From Clostridia bacterium (GTDB lineage: Bacteria > Bacillota > Clostridia > Oscillospirales > CAG-272): DNA of 64,000 nucleotides. The notes under the pieces are model-generated. The model made no database searches and had not been told where the DNA came from. It saw only the letters and a program-made list of their open reading frames with translations. The stretch covers positions 10,035-74,034 of the forward strand of contig JAFVQU010000011.1 in NCBI GenBank assembly GCA_017504625.1. The letters are read 5' to 3'. Both the position numbers and the translations under genes were made by a program. Every line of letters begins with the position of its first letter. Within the stretch, counting starts at the first letter, position 1. Below are positions 34,630-43,521 of this stretch, piece after piece.

Positions 34630-35706
34630 TTATTTTTTGTCATTTACAAGAGCGTGTAATCCATCGCTCATTTTCATTTCTCCGTCAGAGTATATCCAAA
34701 GGACTTCAACTCCGTCAAGAGAGTTCACGATTTCAGATCCGTCCTCGTAGCTCATACAGAAAAGAGCAGTTGAGAGCGCATCTGCAAGACCGCTGTCCTC
34801 GCAAATTACCGTAAGAGAGGTAAAATACTCGGAGGGCATAAGCGTATCCTTGTCGATTATATGGTGATATCTTACGCCGTCCACGGTGAAAAATCTTTCG
34901 TAGACGCCCGAGGTGACGCAAGAGGTATTTGCAAGATTAAGGTAGGTTGCATATTTGCTGGTATCCTGAGGGTCTTTTATGCCCGTAAGCCAGGTCGATC
35001 CGTCAACCTTTGTGCCTATAATGCGGATATTTCCGCCTATATTGAGAACGTACGAGGTCACACCAAGCTCTTTGAGGCGCTTTGCCGCCATTTCGGCAGC
35101 ATAGCCCTTACCAAGCGCTCCAACGTCGATAGACGCCTTGGGATCGCTGATTCGTACCGTATTATTTTCATCGTCAATTTCAAGAAGGGATATATCTGTG
35201 TGCGCGCTTGCCGAGAGAAGCTCCTCTTCGGTTGGGATTCGCGCGTTTACGGGATCGTTACTCGCCGCGCTTCTTGAGTCGTGCCAAGGGCGGAGAACTG
35301 CTCCCATCATAATATTCATCTCACCGCCGGTGAGAGTATAAAGCTCCTTTGCATAAAGGAGAAAATCGATAAGCCTCTGATCCACGCTTACGGCGTCGCC
35401 GCCTGCGTTAAGGTTTATCGTCTTAAGGTTATTTATTCCCGAATATTCGTAGTATATATCAAAAAGGTGATGGTAATCCTCAAGGATCTGCGCTACCTCA
35501 CCGCAGTTTTTTTCGAAGTCTGCCTGGGTATCTCCCGCGTAGCTGTAAACGTAGGAAACGGTATCAAAGTAGGTAAAATATACCATACCTTGAGGCTCGA
35601 TCTTCGCGTTCTGATCTGCCTTATGCGCAGTTTCAGGGCAGCCCGTCAAAAAAACGAGCAGCCCCAAAACCAAACATAGACAGGGAAGGGTTTTGAGTAA
35701 TTTCAA
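34630..35706 (-). CDS. apbE: FAD:protein FMN transferase (ApbE family) lipoprotein
   Basis: Lipobox LVFLTGCPE. MGAVLRPW, IDVGALGKGYAAE, NIGGNIRIIG, TSGVYERFF...YHHIIDKDT. Confidence 0.9.
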   Translation of the reverse strand: MKLLKTLPCLCLVLGLLVFLTGCPETAHKADQNAKIEPQGMVYFTYFDTVSYVYSYAGDTQADFEKNCGEVAQILEDYHHLFDIYYEYSGINNLKTINLNAGGDAVSVDQRLIDFLLYAKELYTLTGGEMNIMMGAVLRPWHDSRSAASNDPVNARIPTEEELLSASAHTDISLLEIDDENNTVRISDPKASIDVGALGKGYAAEMAAKRLKELGVTSYVLNIGGNIRIIGTKVDGSTWLTGIKDPQDTSKYATYLNLANTSCVTSGVYERFFTVDGVRYHHIIDKDTLMPSEYFTSLTVICEDSGLADALSTALFCMSYEDGSEIVNSLDGVEVLWIYSDGEMKMSDGLHALVNDKK

Positions 35707-35731
35707 AATTCCTAACTCCTGAAATATTTAA

Positions 35732-36802
35732 TTATCTTGCGTTGTTAGCAGACTTAGCAACAACGTCGCAGATACCGGTGATCTGCATAGTGCATCCTGC
35801 GGAGAGAAGTCCCTCTTCAACAGAGATGTAGTGGTTGTTAACAAGCTTGGTCTCCATGTTGTCGATCTCGGTAGCAGTCTTGCCAAGAACGTAGTTGGAG
35901 AATGCAGCGGACTGAACGTACCACTCAAGAACGGTACCACCCTCTACGTTGGGAGCGCCGAACTTAGCCATGTTGTAGCCTTCCTTGAGCTCTCTCTTGG
36001 TGCCCTTGAAGGAGGTCTCAACGATCTCACCAGCTGCGCTGATAGTGATCTTGGGCTGAATAGCATCGTTAAGAGTAGCGATAACCTTGCCGTCAGCAAC
36101 AACTGCGCAAGCCATATCGGAGTACATAGCAACGGTACCGTCAGCCTCTGCGGTAGCAGCAACGGTAGCAGCGTCAACGGTAGTGTTAGCAGCAACGCCG
36201 AGAGTGAAGGTTGCATTGGTCTTGAAGCTCATACCCTGCTCGTCCTTGCAAGCCTTAGCAACTGCAGTGATGAAGTCGGTGATTTGGATGGTGCATCCTG
36301 CGGTGAGAAGAGCCTCATCAGCAGCGATAACGTAGCCTGCACCCTCAACAACCTGGGTCTGGATAGCCTCAACCTCAGCTACGGTCTTACCAACAACGTA
36401 AGCCTCGAAAGCCTTAGCCTGATCGTACCACTCCTTAACAACACCGTCGCCGTTCCAGTCCATGCTCTGACCGTACTTAGCCATGTTGTAGTTGTCGCCG
36501 AGCTCCATCTTGGTCTGGAAGGTCTTAGCGGTGTCAACTGCACCACCGGTAACGTCCATCTTGTTCTGAGCAACGTCGATGCGGCAAGCAACGATCTTAC
36601 CGTCAGCGTCGGTAACAACAGCAGCAACAGTAGCGTCAACCTGTGCGTTACCGGTAGCGGAGCTGTTCATGTCAACAACTACGCCCATACCGAGCTTGTA
36701 CTCAGCCTCGGTTGCAGGAGTTTCGGTGTTGTTTGCGTTTCCGCAAGCAACGATTGCAAGTGCCATAACGAGGCACAATGCGATTGCGAGAATTCTTTTC
36801 AT
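35732..36802 (-). CDS. tandem-duplicated secreted lipoprotein, first gene of the apbE-rnf operon; possible flavinylation substrate
   Basis: Lipobox LAIVACGN. Two homologous halves: KMELGDNYNMAKYG...EWYDQAKAFEAYVVGKT...LLTAGCTIQIT and KRELKEGYNMAKFG...EWYVQSAAFSNYVLGKT...LLSAGCTMQIT. The function is inferred from context only. Confidence 0.8.
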   Translation of the reverse strand: MKRILAIALCLVMALAIVACGNANNTETPATEAEYKLGMGVVVDMNSSATGNAQVDATVAAVVTDADGKIVACRIDVAQNKMDVTGGAVDTAKTFQTKMELGDNYNMAKYGQSMDWNGDGVVKEWYDQAKAFEAYVVGKTVAEVEAIQTQVVEGAGYVIAADEALLTAGCTIQITDFITAVAKACKDEQGMSFKTNATFTLGVAANTTVDAATVAATAEADGTVAMYSDMACAVVADGKVIATLNDAIQPKITISAAGEIVETSFKGTKRELKEGYNMAKFGAPNVEGGTVLEWYVQSAAFSNYVLGKTATEIDNMETKLVNNHYISVEEGLLSAGCTMQITGICDVVAKSANNAR

Positions 36803-37201
36803 AGTCTTTCCCCTTTATGAAAAAATATTTTATATTTACGGAGAACGTCTCGCGCTTAACGACGGGTTTATATAATAATGAAGGATTTGCCAAAAACATA
36901 AACCAATCGTCAAACGCGAGAAGCTACCCGCATTCTCAATTATTATATCACATACAAGTAGAAAAAGTCAACGATTTTTTATCTTATTTTATTGAAAATT
37001 GTAGATTTTTTAACAATGCCTAAATTTAACAAAAAAATATTAGTTTCTTTGTTAAAAATAACCAAAAAATTGTAAGACTTCTTACAAAAAAGTACGGTAT
37101 AAATGCGTATATTTGAATATTTATTCAAGTATAAATTGTGTAAAAATCCCCTTGAAAAATATGAATTTTGTTCATATCATCCAAGGGGGGATTTCTATAT
37201 T

Positions 37202-38047
37202 TTATTTTGACTTTTCTTTAAGCGCCAGATACCAATCGTAAGGTATCCTTAAATTTCCTTTTCCAACGCCAAGCTCTATGTCAGGCTTGCGTGTTCCGTG
37301 AAAATCGCTTCCTCCGCTGTATAAAAGACCGAATTCATCGGCTATGCGAAGTGAATCAGCCGTCTGCTTTTCGTCGTTGCTGGAATAATAGCATTCCATG
37401 CCGACAAGTCCGTGCTCCTTTGCCTTAGGCAAGAATTTTACAAGTCCTTCTTCATCAAGCTGGAGAAAGGGATGTGCCAGAACCGAAACTGCACCGATAG
37501 ATTGGATATAATCAATCGTTTCCCAAACGGCAAGTCGCTTTGGCTCTTTGTAAAATCCCGCAGAGGGCTTCAGATAGCGCGAGAATGCCTCCTTGACCGA
37601 GCCGACGTAGCCGTTTTCAAGCATGGCAGATGCGATGTGGGCACGGTTGACCTTGCCGCTCGGAGTTGCGCCCTTTATCTTATCGTAATCGAGAATTATG
37701 CCTGCCTTTGTAAGCGACTCTACAAGGTCAATATTGCTTTTTTCCTTGCGCGCCATAACGTCGTTCATCATATCCGTAATTTGCGGAAAATACTTGGGAT
37801 CAATAAAAAGTCCAAGCATATGAAGCTCTTTTTCCTCGTAATCTACCGAGAATTCGCAACCGAGAACGGCTTCAATATCCTTGCCCGCCGCGGCGTCAAT
37901 AAAGTGAGGTAAGCCCTCGACCGTGTTGTGATCGGTCAGGGCAAGCGCGGAAATTCCCGCGTTGATCGCGCCGTCTATCAGCTCAGACGGAGTCCACGTA
38001 CCGTCCGAAAATATAGAATGCGTGTGCAGATCGCATATTTTTTCCAT
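37202..38047 (-). CDS. PHP-domain phosphoesterase (TrpH/YciV-like)
   Basis: GGAGG 9 nt before the ATG at 38047. CDLHTHSIFSDG, LALTDHNTVEG, GGSDFHG. Confidence 0.85.
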   Translation of the reverse strand: MEKICDLHTHSIFSDGTWTPSELIDGAINAGISALALTDHNTVEGLPHFIDAAAGKDIEAVLGCEFSVDYEEKELHMLGLFIDPKYFPQITDMMNDVMARKEKSNIDLVESLTKAGIILDYDKIKGATPSGKVNRAHIASAMLENGYVGSVKEAFSRYLKPSAGFYKEPKRLAVWETIDYIQSIGAVSVLAHPFLQLDEEGLVKFLPKAKEHGLVGMECYYSSNDEKQTADSLRIADEFGLLYSGGSDFHGTRKPDIELGVGKGNLRIPYDWYLALKEKSK

Positions 38048-38162
38048 AAGCCTTGCCTCCGGGGTGATTTCTGGATTGTACCGCAATTATTATAACACAT
38101 AAAAGTGAAAAACGCAACTTTTTTAGTGGATATAAAAGCCACTCGGTGAAGTCGGGCTTTTT

Positions 38163-38232
38163 GACGAGAGAGGGATTCTGAACCTTTACCTGACCTATGG
38201 TCAGGCGTGAGCTTTCTCTTTACCGTCACTTT
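38163..38232 (-). repeat. tRNA-Ser 3'-end-like fragment plus hairpin, downstream of tRNA-Ser
   Basis: In the minus sense, ggttcAgaatccctctctc matches the tRNA T-loop/acceptor (ggttcgaatccctctctc) with a 1-nt insertion. It is preceded by the hairpin cctgacc-atag-ggtcagg. Confidence 0.7.
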
Positions 38233-38238
38233 TCGAGA

Positions 38239-38276
38239 TAAAAACAACGAGTGGTAAAAACCGCTCGTTGTTTTTA
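38239..38276 (-). terminator. intrinsic terminator after tRNA-Ser
   Basis: Minus strand: aaaaacaacgag-cggtttttacca-ctcgttgttttt. Confidence 0.8.
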
Positions 38277-38365
38277 TGGCGGAGAGAGAGGGATTCGAAC
38301 CCTCGTGTGCTTGCGCACAAACTGATTTCGAGTCAGCCCCGTTATGACCACTTCGATATCTCTCC
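38277..38365 (-). tRNA. tRNA-Ser (anticodon CGA), class II with long variable arm, CCA encoded
   Basis: Reverse complement: GGAGAGA acceptor, anticodon stem GCTGA/TCAGT with loop CTCGAAA, variable arm TGTGC-GCAA-GCACA, T arm GAGGG-TTCGAAT-CCCTC, then TCTCTCC-G-CCA. Confidence 0.9.
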
Positions 38366-38607
38366 GTAAATATGATGCAACAGCGTACATCGAAGGCGAC
38401 TTTTCTCTCCCTTATGCAGACTGTACATATTTGATTTTGCTCGCCGTACTGCGCTATCGCAGCTCGACCCGAATATTATATCATACTTTTTGTCAAAAAG
38501 CAATAGCTATTTTCAAAAAATTAAAAATATTTTTAGAGAGGAAAAGAGAAGTAACGGCGGCGACCGTGTAATTTGCGAGGCCGCCGTCAATTTGACTTTT
38601 GTTTATT

Positions 38608-41355
38608 TTACTTTTCAAGCAAAATATCTCTGATTGCTTGAATTTCCTCCGCGGTTATGCCGATTTCAAGCAGGAATGCCTCGGTATGCTCGGCAAGCGT
38701 AGCATCTGAATCGCCGTATGCTTTAAGGCCGTTTATAAAGCTCTTGATGTTGTTGACCATCGTTGATCCCGGAACTCCGTCGGAGTTACCCGATACAGAG
38801 TTAAAGGAAAGCAAATATTCTCGGATCAACATCTCCTCTTCAACGCCGAGGAGCGCGAGTATCGTTGTCGTAACAGTACCCGTTCTGTCGCGTCCGATCG
38901 CGCAGTGGTAAAGCATAGGATAATTGTCCCTGATCGCAAACTGCGATATAGCATTGCGGAAGGATCCGTGATTTTCGTTTTCAAAAACTCCCGTGTACCA
39001 CTGAATGCTGATCGGAATTACTCTGATGTCACTGCCAAGAGGAGAAACGGTGCTTTGACCGCGCAGGTCAAGATCTGTTTTAATTCCGAGAAGCATTTTT
39101 ATGGTTTGCTTATCGTTTTCGCTGGCTGCCTCAAGCTGCGCGGAACGGTAGGCGATCCCTTGCTTTACGCGGTAGCCGTCAAGCGTGACGTAGCCCCCGA
39201 TATCACGGAAATTCGATATCTTTTCCGTGAAAATAAATCTTGGGTAATCCGCGGTGGTGAAGCAAGCCATATTAGATATCTGATCGCCCGCTTTGACCTG
39301 CCAGTAGTACGTCGTACTTGCCTTGAGATTATTGACCTTAATGCGCATGTAAAAGCTGTCTTCAGATCTCTTTGCAGTATAGGTGATCGGATTTGACATA
39401 TCTATTGACTCGGATATTATAAGGGTGTAGTCCTCAGCCTCTCCTCTGATCCACTCGAATGTGATTGCTTCAGGCAGACAAGCCTCAGTTTTGGTGAACG
39501 GATAAGCTGCTGAGGTAAGGTAGCTGAGATCGGCGTTCATATGATCGACGGTAGCCTTAGATGCAATGACCACGTCACGCGCTCCGTCCTCGGGTGCGGT
39601 GAGAGCAATCGACGAATCAGTGAGGTTGAAGCGTGCTACGCTGCCAATTGTTAAATGCTCACCGTTGTAGTCATAGAGCTTGTCGGAGGGACGCTGGGGA
39701 AATCTGTCAGTAGGAATATCACCGACATACCTCAGCTTGATATCAAACGTAGCTTGTGAAATTCCCATCGTGCGCTCTTCGATAGTCACGATTACGCCGC
39801 TCTCGGCTATCTCGGACGTGACCTTTTCCTTTAGCTTATCTGCAAGATTTTCACTGTCGTCAAAGGTGTATATAAGGCCTTGGAAAGTCCATGACAGGTT
39901 ACTCAGTCTTTCCTCAAGCTCGTAGTCGAGTGACTCGTAGGTGAAGGGAATATCGAGGTGGAGTACGTAGTTATCACTGTTTGTTATCGCGCGTACAACG
40001 AAGCAGTAATCCTTGCCCGTCATAAATCCACCGTAGTCAAGGAACGCGTTTGCGTAAAGCGAGAACGTGTTTCCGTCAATATTGAGAATTTGAGGCGCAA
40101 ACCATCTGACATTGTTACCCGTAACGTCGTCGTCAGCCGAAATTACGGCGTATTCAACCGTTTTGAGATTTTCAATGCCGTCAAAGCTGTTGTTTTCAAG
40201 GTAAATAAGACCGCCGCGGTCAAATCTCGTTTTCCACTGTTCCTTTGAGTCGGTCAAAGCGCCGTAGGGCGAGTCTGCTCGCTCAAGCCAGGTGTTTCTT
40301 ATGGGAGATATCGTCGCGCTGATATTTTTGACGACTACCTCGCTTCTGTCCGGCAGAGAAAGCATTGCATTGTAGGTGAGCTTGCCCGATTTTGCGGTCG
40401 TATTCTGCGTATATCCCGTTGCTTTGACCGTTATCTCGGCACTGATACCGAGGGTGGAAAGTCTGCTTGCGATCTCGGATGATACAAAATCTATTGCGCC
40501 GCCTCGGTAGAAGCAATTTTCGTTTATCGCCGTGACCTTGCAAAGCTCGTCGTATGAGATAACGAATTCAATACTTTTGATGTAAATATCGGTGTTGTCC
40601 TTGTTTCTGAAATAGAGCTTAAAGGAGCTTATCATTCCGTCAGCATCGGTAAGCTTGGCAATGTCCTTTGCTTCAAGTCCCGCATCACAAGTCATGAAGT
40701 CGCCAACCGCTCCCGAAAGAGAAGGACATTCGTTTATAAAGCTATCGTTTCTGTTGCCGTTAAAGGGAATTATGCGTATCTGACTTCCGTTTTTTACGTC
40801 ATAACCCGTAATAAACGTCACTGTCATACCCGAAATAGCGTTTGCGGGGATCGGAGTGTCAAGCGTAAGCGTGAATCCGCCTTGGTTATTTGTATTTTTG
40901 CAAATGTAATAAGCAGGCGAGCCGTTTATCTCTCTGTATCCGCACTCGGTACATTCTGCCGTGTTATGTATGCCTGATATATTGAGATTTGAGATCGTGA
41001 AGCTTCCAAAGCCGTCAAAATTGAGTGACGTGGTAACCTTTTCATTACCATTGGAGCTTACAGTGACGTAGCTCTTCTTGTCAGGTTCGATAACCGGAGA
41101 GGTAAGTGAGGAAATATCGGTGTATTCCTCGATTTCGGAAGCTGATTCCTCGGTAAGATCTTCAGTAAAATCTTCGGTTGTCGCCTCAGTTACTTTTTCG
41201 GTGGGGGCAGCCATGGTTTCCTCTGTTATCTCGGTGGACTCTTTAATTCTTTCGGAATTTGGAGCAGTACTTTCATCTGTATTCGCACCGCCGCAGGCGG
41301 TAAGTATTACGGTGAGTGCCGCGGCACATATATAAAGAAGAAGTGATTTTTTCAT
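38608..41355 (-). CDS. 915-aa lipoprotein with C-terminal Cys-based (tyrosine/dual-specificity type, Y_phosphatase3-like) phosphatase domain
   Basis: Lipobox LTVILTACGG. Acidic linker. About 600 aa that I cannot assign. FN3-like segment (TTYYWQVKA). FRDIGGY and the CX5R P-loop YHCAIGRDRTG. Confidence 0.8.
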   Translation of the reverse strand: MKKSLLLYICAAALTVILTACGGANTDESTAPNSERIKESTEITEETMAAPTEKVTEATTEDFTEDLTEESASEIEEYTDISSLTSPVIEPDKKSYVTVSSNGNEKVTTSLNFDGFGSFTISNLNISGIHNTAECTECGYREINGSPAYYICKNTNNQGGFTLTLDTPIPANAISGMTVTFITGYDVKNGSQIRIIPFNGNRNDSFINECPSLSGAVGDFMTCDAGLEAKDIAKLTDADGMISSFKLYFRNKDNTDIYIKSIEFVISYDELCKVTAINENCFYRGGAIDFVSSEIASRLSTLGISAEITVKATGYTQNTTAKSGKLTYNAMLSLPDRSEVVVKNISATISPIRNTWLERADSPYGALTDSKEQWKTRFDRGGLIYLENNSFDGIENLKTVEYAVISADDDVTGNNVRWFAPQILNIDGNTFSLYANAFLDYGGFMTGKDYCFVVRAITNSDNYVLHLDIPFTYESLDYELEERLSNLSWTFQGLIYTFDDSENLADKLKEKVTSEIAESGVIVTIEERTMGISQATFDIKLRYVGDIPTDRFPQRPSDKLYDYNGEHLTIGSVARFNLTDSSIALTAPEDGARDVVIASKATVDHMNADLSYLTSAAYPFTKTEACLPEAITFEWIRGEAEDYTLIISESIDMSNPITYTAKRSEDSFYMRIKVNNLKASTTYYWQVKAGDQISNMACFTTADYPRFIFTEKISNFRDIGGYVTLDGYRVKQGIAYRSAQLEAASENDKQTIKMLLGIKTDLDLRGQSTVSPLGSDIRVIPISIQWYTGVFENENHGSFRNAISQFAIRDNYPMLYHCAIGRDRTGTVTTTILALLGVEEEMLIREYLLSFNSVSGNSDGVPGSTMVNNIKSFINGLKAYGDSDATLAEHTEAFLLEIGITAEEIQAIRDILLEK

Positions 41356-41449
41356 AAAATTCCTCCTTGAATCAGTTTAATTCTAAAAAGATTATACCAT
41401 ACGTGTGTTCGGGTGTCAAACAAAAATCTGTGAAAACTGAAATTTTATG

Positions 41450-41478
41450 TTGAAATGTAATGGAAAATATGTTATAAT
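41450..41478 (+). promoter_or_regulatory. SigA-type promoter of ddh
   Basis: TTGAAA, 17-nt spacer, TATAAT. Confidence 0.65.
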
Positions 41479-41519
41479 CGTTTCATTGAATACAGATACA
41501 CAAAAAGAGGTAGTTGGGT

Positions 41520-42503
41520 ATGATCAGAATAGGTATATACGGTTACGGAAATCTCGGCCGCGGAATTGAAAGCGCGATAAGACAAAATCCCGATATGGAG
41601 CTTGTTGCGGTCTTTACAAGACGCGATCCCGCAAGTCTTAAGATAAATACAGATGGAGCAGAGGTAGTATCTGTTGCCGATGTTGACAAATACGCCGATA
41701 AAATAGACGTTATGATGATATGCGGCGGAAGCGCGACCGATCTTCCCGTGCAGACTCCCACTCTTGCCGAGAAATTCTCGGTAGTTGACAGCTTCGATAC
41801 GCACGCCAAGATTCCCGAGCATTTTGCAAGGGTTGACAGCGCGGCAAGGAAGGGCAATAACATCGCTATGATCTCGGTCGGCTGGGATCCCGGCATGTTC
41901 TCGCTTAACCGACTCTATGCGAGCGCGATCTTGCCCGACGGCAAGGACTATACCTTCTGGGGCAAGGGAGTAAGCCAGGGACACTCCGACGCGATCCGCA
42001 GAATTGAGGGAGTACTTGACGCAAAGCAGTACACTATCCCCGTTGACGCGGCGCTTGAATCGGTACGACGCGGTGATGCTCCGACACTTACAACGAGAGA
42101 AAAGCACACGCGCGAGTGCTTCGTAGTTGCCGCAGAGGGCGCGGATAAGGCAAGAATTGAGAAAGAGATCAAGGAAATGCCGAACTATTTTGCCGATTAC
42201 GACACGACCGTGCATTTTATAAGCAAAGAGGAGCTTGTTCGTGACCACGGCGGAATCCCTCACGGCGGCTTCGTTATCAGAAGCGGCAAGACGGGATTTG
42301 ACGGCGAGCATAACCACATAATCGAATACAGCCTCAAGCTTGATTCCAATCCCGAGTTTACCGCATCGGTGCTTGTGGCATATGCCCGCGCCGCATACAG
42401 ACTTAAGAGCGAGGGAGTAAGCGGATGCAAGACGGTTTTTGACGTTCCGCCCGCGTACCTTTCGCCCAAATCTCACGACGAGATAATTGCGACGATGCTT
42501 TAA
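41520..42503 (+). CDS. ddh: meso-diaminopimelate D-dehydrogenase
   Basis: MIRIGIYGYGNLGRG (Rossmann), GWDPGMFS, FWGKGVSQGHSDA. Confidence 0.9.
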   Translation: MIRIGIYGYGNLGRGIESAIRQNPDMELVAVFTRRDPASLKINTDGAEVVSVADVDKYADKIDVMMICGGSATDLPVQTPTLAEKFSVVDSFDTHAKIPEHFARVDSAARKGNNIAMISVGWDPGMFSLNRLYASAILPDGKDYTFWGKGVSQGHSDAIRRIEGVLDAKQYTIPVDAALESVRRGDAPTLTTREKHTRECFVVAAEGADKARIEKEIKEMPNYFADYDTTVHFISKEELVRDHGGIPHGGFVIRSGKTGFDGEHNHIIEYSLKLDSNPEFTASVLVAYARAAYRLKSEGVSGCKTVFDVPPAYLSPKSHDEIIATML

Positions 42504-42505
42504 AA

Positions 42506-42543
42506 AATAACGCCCTGACGGAAGAATCGGGGCGTTATTTTAT
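42506..42543 (+). terminator. intrinsic terminator after ddh
   Basis: aataacgccc-loop-gggcgttatt, then tt. Confidence 0.75.
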
Positions 42544-42563
42544 TGAAAAAAGTTTATTTGGTG

Positions 42564-42592
42564 TTGCAATCCTGACTTGCCTATGATATAAT
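42564..42592 (+). promoter_or_regulatory. SigA-type promoter
   Basis: TTGCAA, 17-nt spacer, TATAAT. Confidence 0.6.
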
Positions 42593-42648
42593 TATATCAC
42601 AAATATTAAAAAAAGATGTAAAATTATATCAAAAAACGGAGATTGTTT

Positions 42649-43494
42649 ATGGAAAGCAGATTCCAAAGTAAGTCGAGCGTTCATTTCAGAGAGCCGTATA
42701 TGAGGATAAGCGCATTCAGCTACAAAAATTACTCTATCGAGCCTCACACTCATGACTTTTACGAAATGAATATAGTACTTGGCGGCTCGGGCACCCATAT
42801 AATTGAAAATTCGTCCTTCAAGGTTCAGACGGGTGATGTTTTCGTCATTCCACCACTTACCGTTCATGCATACGTTGATACCGACGAGCTTGAGGTCTAT
42901 CACATCCTCATACACAAGAAATTTATTGAGGAAAATCGCGACGAGGCGTATGCCGTGCGCGGATTTACACAGTTTTTTGAGATAGAGCCGTTTTTGAGAA
43001 GTCAGGGCGCGGAGGCAATGTTTTTGCACCTTTCCTCAAGCGATCTGGTAAGATTTCACTGGGAGCTTCGTTTTATTGAGGACAACGGCTTTTGCGATGG
43101 GGAAACAATGGCACCGCTTAAGCATCACACGGTCTGGAAGCTCATTTATTGGTTTTCAAGTCTGCTTTGCGAGCAGACAAACGGCAAGGATACGCGCGTT
43201 AGATCAAGGCACGACAAGATAGTCGTTAACACACTTGAATATATACACGCGCACTACGGAGAAAAGATTTATACCGACCTGCTTTGCGAAAGAGTGTTTT
43301 TGTCGCGCTCGACCTTTTTGCGAGGCTTCAATGCGATATGTGGCTGCTCACCGATGCAGTATCTGAACGCTTATAGATGTAGAAAGGCTCTTGAGCTTAT
43401 TGAGGCTGGCGAGATGTCAAAAACCGATATAGCGCACTCCTGCGGCTTTTACGACCTTTCGCATATGGAAAAGGCGATACGGGGTGCGAAATAA
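42649..43494 (+). CDS. AraC-family transcriptional regulator (cupin + HTH)
   Basis: N-terminal cupin (HTHDFYEMNIVLGG...GDVFVIPP). C-terminal double HTH (LSRSTFLRGF..., GFYDLSHM). Confidence 0.85.
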   Translation: MESRFQSKSSVHFREPYMRISAFSYKNYSIEPHTHDFYEMNIVLGGSGTHIIENSSFKVQTGDVFVIPPLTVHAYVDTDELEVYHILIHKKFIEENRDEAYAVRGFTQFFEIEPFLRSQGAEAMFLHLSSSDLVRFHWELRFIEDNGFCDGETMAPLKHHTVWKLIYWFSSLLCEQTNGKDTRVRSRHDKIVVNTLEYIHAHYGEKIYTDLLCERVFLSRSTFLRGFNAICGCSPMQYLNAYRCRKALELIEAGEMSKTDIAHSCGFYDLSHMEKAIRGAK

Positions 43495-43520
43495 AAAAAC
43501 GGCTTGTAAAGCCGTTTTTT
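43493..43520. terminator. bidirectional terminator
   Basis: aaaaaacggctt-gta-aagccgtttttt. Confidence 0.85.
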
Positions 43521-43521
43521 A

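Noticed and set aside
36990-37075. TTAACAA / TTGTTAA half-sites in the AT-rich region upstream of the apbE-rnf operon, considered as Rex operators (TTGTTAAnnnnTTAACAA). Rex often controls rnf.
   Set aside because: The half-sites do not occur as an inverted pair with 4-nt spacing. The best candidate, TTGTTAAAAATAACCAAA, has a poor right half. They also lie more than 180 nt from the first gene. In such an AT-rich sequence this could easily be chance.
38344-38571. 75-aa plus-strand ORF starting inside tRNA-Ser.
   Set aside because: It overlaps the tRNA gene and its promoter region on the opposite strand. There is no RBS and the sequence has no protein-like character.
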